Shown here in pieces: positions 58,623-64,000 of a stretch of DNA of 64,000 nt. This DNA is from an uncultured Chloroflexia bacterium. GTDB taxonomy: Bacteria > Chloroflexota > Dehalococcoidia > UBA2979. Position 1 is the stretch's first letter. Every line of letters begins with the position of its first letter. Where the stretch lies: positions 704,001 to 768,000 of the forward strand of contig CAVSIV010000006.1 in the NCBI GenBank assembly GCA_963728205.1, read 5' to 3'. Both the position numbers and the translations under genes were made by a program. The notes beneath the pieces are model-generated. The model had not been told where the DNA came from. It did no database searches and worked only from the letters and a program-made list of their open reading frames with translations.

Positions 58623-58898
58623 CTAGGCGCGCGGCCGCGCCTCGCTCACCTTGAGCGCCTGTCCGCCAAGCTCGTGGCCGTCGACCGCCTTGATCGCGTT
58701 GGGGGCATCCGCCTGCGACATCACCACGAACGCGTAGCCCGCCGGGGACTTGGCGGGGTCCTCCGAGGGGCGCTCATACGAGGTGACGGCGCCGTGCACC
58801 GCGAAGAGCGCACGGACGTCCGCCTCGCTCGCGCTCGGCGCGAGATTGCCGAAGTGAATCCGCTGGGTCGCCTTGGAGTCGATAGTCTGCTCAGTCAA
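58623..58898 (-). CDS. RRM-domain RNA-binding protein
   Basis: IHFGNL, AGYAFVVM, AIKAVDGHELGGQALKVSEARPR; start uncertain (TTG). Confidence 0.85.
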   Translation of the reverse strand: MTEQTIDSKATQRIHFGNLAPSASEADVRALFAVHGAVTSYERPSEDPAKSPAGYAFVVMSQADAPNAIKAVDGHELGGQALKVSEARPRA

Positions 58899-59671
58899 TG
58901 ACACACTCTTCCATCCGGACAAGCCGGAATACGAGCGCTGTCCCATGTTGGGACGGCGCTTCATCCGAGTCTCGAATCTCAGGAGCCGATACGTGTGGGG
59001 GACGTGCCTGCGGCGGAGCATGAGGCGCGCACTTCGGGTGCGCTATGGATCACGGTAGCACCGCGACGGTACCGGCGCGCGTCGGCGTGATGCGGGAATC
59101 ATCGCATCGTCGACATGAATGCCGCAGCATTCGTCGCGCACTGGGTCTGCGATTTCGCGGGCGCGTTCTCGTCGCGAATGCCTCGGGGCCGGACGTCGCA
59201 CCCCGGATGTGACGGCGGCGACACGCAGGCACCCGGCCGCGCGCTCGCGGTCCGTGCCGGTGCGACGAACCGTGGTACGGTGAGAGCCGGCGCGTTCCAG
59301 ACGCGCACCTCAGATTCCCCTCAGCCGGCACGTCCCGCACACGTTCCCCCTCTCGAGAATCTGAGCTCGGAAGGCGCCCGGTCCGGATGGACCGGGGCGT
59401 TGATGCCGGGCATCGCCCGGCCGGAAGAGCCGCCCGTCACCATCGCCGTCCGCCGGTTGAGCGCTTCCCGCCGCGGCGAGCGTCGGACGTGCGCACCCGG
59501 CTTTCGGCCGGCGATCCGGTGCACGCGCGGCGCGCGCCGCGTCCACCCAGGCAAGAGGCAGAGGAGTCCGACCATGGCCGATGTCATGGCTGAGCGCGTA
59601 CGTCGCGCGTCGCGGCTCACGCTGAGCGCGCCGCCGGCGACATCCGCCGCCTCGCACCTCGCGGCAGGAGC

Positions 59672-62600
59672 ATGACCGCGATTCGCTCTGCCATCAGCCG
59701 TTCGGCCCCGGCTTCGCCGTGGGACAGTCGAGAGCCCATTCGCCAGGAGCTCTTCGGCGTCGACCGCCTCGAACGGCACGCGCGGAGCCTCGCGGCGGCG
59801 CAGCCGGTGACGGCGAAGCCCGCGCGGGGCCACTCGCTGACGGCGCGGCTCGCCGACAACGCGGCCGTCCTGGTCGCGGCGCATCGCGACATTGCCGCGG
59901 CGGTCGACGCGGGACAGGCGATCACCCCGGCGGCAGAGTGGCTGCTCGACAACTACTACCTGGTCGAAGCGCACATCCGCCAGATGCCGGTCGCCCTGCC
60001 GCGGGGCTACTACCGGCAGCTGCCGAAGCTCGCCGACGGCCCGTTTGCCGGGTACCCGCGCGTGTTCGGCCTGGCCTGGGCCTTCGTCGCCCACACGGAC
60101 AGCCGGTTCGAACCCGAGATGCTGTGCCGCTACGTGCAGGCCTACCAGCAGGTCCAGCCGCTCACGATCGGCGAGCTCTGGGCGGTGGCGATCACGCTGC
60201 GCATCGTGCTCGTCGAGGATCTCCGGCGCCTCGCCGAGCGAACCGTGAACGGCAGCGCCGCGCGGCAGGAGGCGGACGCTGTCGCCGACCGCCTGCTGGG
60301 TGTCGGGGGACGCTCCGCGGAATCGGTGGCCGTGGTGCTCGCCGAACACGGGCGCGCCCCGCTGCCCGAGGCGTTCGCCGTGCAACTCGCCCTGCGGCTG
60401 CGCGACCAGGATCCGCAGATCACCCCCGCGTTGACGTGGCTCGACGAGCGCCTCGCCGCGCAGGGGACGACGACCGACGCGGCCGTCCACGACGAGCACC
60501 AGAGCAGCGGCGTCGCGAACGTCACGGTGCGCAACATCATCACGAGCATGCGCCTGATCGCCGAGGTGGACTGGACCGAGCTGTTCGAGCGGATGAGCCT
60601 CGTCCACTCGGCGCTGGCGGCCGGCCCGGGATTCTCGGACATGGACTTCCCGACGCGGAACCTCTACCGCAGCGCGGTCGAGCAGCTGGCGCGCGGGTCG
60701 CACCACACAGAGCTCGACGTCGCGCAGAGCGCCGTGCTGGCGGCAGCCCGAGCCGCTCCCGCAGCCGAGCGCGACGCGCCGCGCGAGGGCGATGCCGGCT
60801 ATTACCTCGTCGGCGGAGGACGTCGCGACTTCGAAGCGGTCGATGGGCGTCCGGCCCCCGCTGCGCCTCCGCGTCGGTCGCCTGAGCCGCTCGCTCGGCA
60901 TCGGCGGCTATATCGGCGCCATCGCTCTCGTCGCCGCGGCGCTCCTCGCCATCCCGTTGTCCGCGCTGGCCGCGGAGGGCCTCGGCGTTCGGTGGCTGAG
61001 CGTGCTCGGTGTGCTGGGCGCGATCCCCGCGATCGACGCGGCCGTCGCGCTGGTGAACCGCATCGTCGCGCGCGGCTTCGGCGCAACCCTCCTGCCCGGC
61101 GCTGGAACTCCGCGACGGCGTTCCGCAGCGCCTGCGCACGCTCGTCGCGGTGCCGACCTGCTCACGACGCCGGAGGCGGTCGAGGAGCAGATTGAGCGCC
61201 TGGAGATCCACCACCTCGCGAGCGCGGACGGCGACCTGCACTTCGCCTTGCTCTCCGACTGGGTCGACGCCGACACCGAGCACGACGAGCGCGACGACGC
61301 CCTGCTCGCCGCCGCGGCAGCCGGGATCGCGCAGCTCAACCGGCGTTACGGCCCGGCGCCGGCCGGCGACCGCTTCCTGCTGCTCCATCGCCGACGCGTC
61401 TGGAACCAGGGCGAAGGGCGCTGGATCGGCTGGGAGCGGAAGCGCGGCAAGCTCCACGAGTTGAACCGGCTGCTGCGCGGCGCGACCGACACCACGTTCC
61501 TGGACGTCCACGGGCAACCGCCGGCCGTGCCGCCGGACGTCCGGTACGTGATCACGCTCGACGCCGACACCCGGCTGCCGCGGGAGACCGTGCGCCGCCT
61601 GATCGGAAAGATGGCGCATCCGCTCAACCGGCCCCGCCTCGACGCCGTCGCCGGCAGGGTCGTGGAGGGCTATGCGGTGCTCCAGCCGCGTGTCACGCCG
61701 TCGCTGCCGGTGGGGCGCGAGGGCTCGCTCTTCCAGCGCATCTTCTCCAGCATGAGCGGCATCGACCCCTACGCCTCCGCCGTCTCGGACGTGTACCAGG
61801 ACCTCTTCGGCGAAGGCTCCTACACCGGCAAGGGCATCTACGACGTCGACGCCTTCGAGGCGGCGCTCGCCGGCCGGGTCCCGGACTCTACGCTGCTCAG
61901 CCACGACCTGTTCGAAGGCGTGTTCGCCCGCGCCGGCCTCGCCTCCGACGTCGAGGTCGTCGAGGAGTTCCCCGCGCGCTACGACGTCGCGGCCGTGCGT
62001 CACCACCGCTGGGCGCGGGGCGACTGGCAGCTGCTGCCGTGGATCATCGGGCGCGGGCGCGGGACCGGGCCGGCGGGCGGGCCGCGAGCGCGACGCGATC
62101 CCGGCGATCGGCCGCTGGAAGATGCTCGACAACCTGCGGCGGACGCTGTCGGCGCCCGCCGCGGTCGCGGCCCTGGTGGCCGGGATGCGCCCTGCCGCTC
62201 GCGGGCGCTGTCCACCTGGATCGCGTTCGTCCTCGTCGACGATCGTGATGCCGACGCTGATCCCGATCGTCGGCACCATCGTGCCGCGCCGCCCCGGGAT
62301 CACGGCGCGCAGCCAGCTGCGAGCGCTCGGCGACGATCTCCGCCTCGCCGCGACGCTGTCGGTCCTGCTGATCGCCTTCCTCGCTCACCAGGCGTGGCTG
62401 ATGAGCGACGCGATCGGACGCACCCGTCGTGCGCATGTGCGTCACCCACCGGCACCTGCTGGAATGGGTGCCGAACGGCCCAGGCCGCGATCGATCCGCG
62501 GCTCGGGCTGATCGGCTTCTACCGCCGGATGGCCGCCGCGCCGATCGTCGCCGCGGTCGCGGTCGCCGTCGCCGCGCTGTGGGGGCATGGGACGTGGCCG

Positions 62601-64000
62601 CTGGCGGCGGCGTTCGCGGTGCTGGTGGGTCGCGTCACCCGCCATCGCGCGTCGGGCGAGCATCTCTCCGCTGGTCACGAGCCGGCTCCCGGTGTCGGAC
62701 GCGGACGCCCGCGCGCTGGGCTGACGCCCGCCGGACCTGGCGGTTCTTCGAGACGTTCGTGACGGACGCCGATCACATGCTGCCGCCGGACAACTTCCAG
62801 GAGGACCCGGCTCCGGCGCTCGCCAGCCGGACCTCGCCGACGAACCTCGGCCTCTACCTCCTGTCGGTGGTCTGCGCCCGGGACTTCGGATGGATCGGCA
62901 CGCTCGACGCGGTCGAGCGGCTCGAGGCGACGCTCGCCACCATGAGCGGCCTCGCTCGCTTCCGCGGGCACTTCTACAACTGGTACGACACCCGGGAGCT
63001 GCGGCCGCTCGATCCGCGCTACATCTCGTCCGTCGACAGCGGCAACCTCGCCGGCCACCTGATCGCCCTCGCCAACGCCTGCCGCGAGTGGCGCTGCGCG
63101 CCGCTCGCCGACGAGCGGCGTCTCGCCGGCATCGGCGACGCGCTCGACCTGGCGCGCGACGAGGCGGACCGCCTGCCGCGACGGACGCCGCATGGAGACG
63201 GCGACCTGGCGCCAGTTCGACGACGCGCACGCCGCGGTCATCGCCGAGGTGCGGCGGCCGCCCGCGGTCCGCGAGGACATCGCGCAACGGCTCGCCACGC
63301 TGTCCACCCAGGCCGAGACCGTCGCCGACATCGCCCGCGGGCTCGCCAGCGAGCGCGACGAGGACGCCGGCGCGGACCTGCTCTTCTGGGCCGACGCGAC
63401 CAGCGCCGCGATCGACGCGCACCGACGCGACCTCGCCGCATCGGCCGACGCGGCCGCCGCGGGTGCGTCCCGCCTGGTCGCCCTCGAAGAGTCCGCGCGG
63501 GCGATGGCGCTCGCGATGGAGTTCGGCTTCCTGCTCGACCCCGACCGCAAGCTGCTCTCGATCGGCTACTCGGTGGCCGACGGGGCGCTCGACCCGAGCT
63601 GCTACGACCTGCTCGCTTCAGAGGCGCGGCTCGCGAGCTTCCTGGCGATCGCCAAGGGCGACGTGCCGGCGCGTCACTGGTTCCGCCTCGGCCGCGCGGT
63701 CACGCCGGTCGCCCACGGCGCCGCGCTGATCTCGTGGTCCGGGTCGATGTTCGAGTACCTGATGCCGTCGCTCGTGATGCGCGCGCCGGCCGACAGCCTG
63801 ATCGAGCGGACGAACCGGCTGATCGTGCGCCGCCAGATCGACTACGCCGCGACGCTCGGCCTGCCCTGGGGCATCTCGGAATCGGCCTACAACGCGCGCG
63901 ATCTGGAACTTCACCTACCAGTACTCGAGCTTCGGCGATCCCCGGCCTCGGGCTGAAGCGCGGCCTCGGCGACAACGCCGTGGTCGTCGCCCTACGCCAC
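59672..64000 (+). pseudogene. ndvB: cyclic beta-1,2-glucan synthase-like gene (NdvB/ChvB/Cgs), multiply frameshifted, continues beyond the window
   Basis: AEWLLDNYYL, GWERKRGKL, YVITLDADT, LLSHDLFEG, RWARGDWQ, LPPDNFQE, RTSPTNLG, YDLLASEARL, SWSGSMFEYLMP, PWGISES spread across alternating frames; the indels may be sequencing errors. Confidence 0.8.

Overview
Very GC-rich bacterial chromosomal DNA carrying about 58 protein-coding genes. The repertoire (LLM, Gfo/Idh/MocA, enoyl-CoA hydratase, orphan dppBC, accD-accA fusion, nurA-herA) suggests Chloroflexota/Dehalococcoidia; this is inference only. Recognisable blocks are a NAD-linked formate dehydrogenase operon (nuoE-like, nuoF-like, fdh alpha), a nurA-herA-sbcD-sbcC operon, menG, purU, a DEAD-box helicase with a ~470-aa disordered N-terminus, many hydrolases, and a compositionally distinct tail from ~56 kb (higBA, two RRM proteins, a heavily frameshifted cyclic beta-1,2-glucan synthase). 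No rRNA, tRNA, CRISPR array or transposase was found. Four signals are missed by the ORF track. (1) A probable selenoprotein: an AhpC/TSA domain with W-U-P-Y-C and a SECIS-like hairpin, fused to a DsbD-alpha-like domain and split at TGA. (2) A dense REP/REPIN-like palindrome family at 13 loci, which overlaps three TAA stops and abuts three different tandem arrays. (3) An ABC ATPase with four degenerate catalytic motifs. (4) TANNNT boxes 6-8 nt before many start codons, indicating leaderless transcription. Product names come from motif recognition, not database searches.
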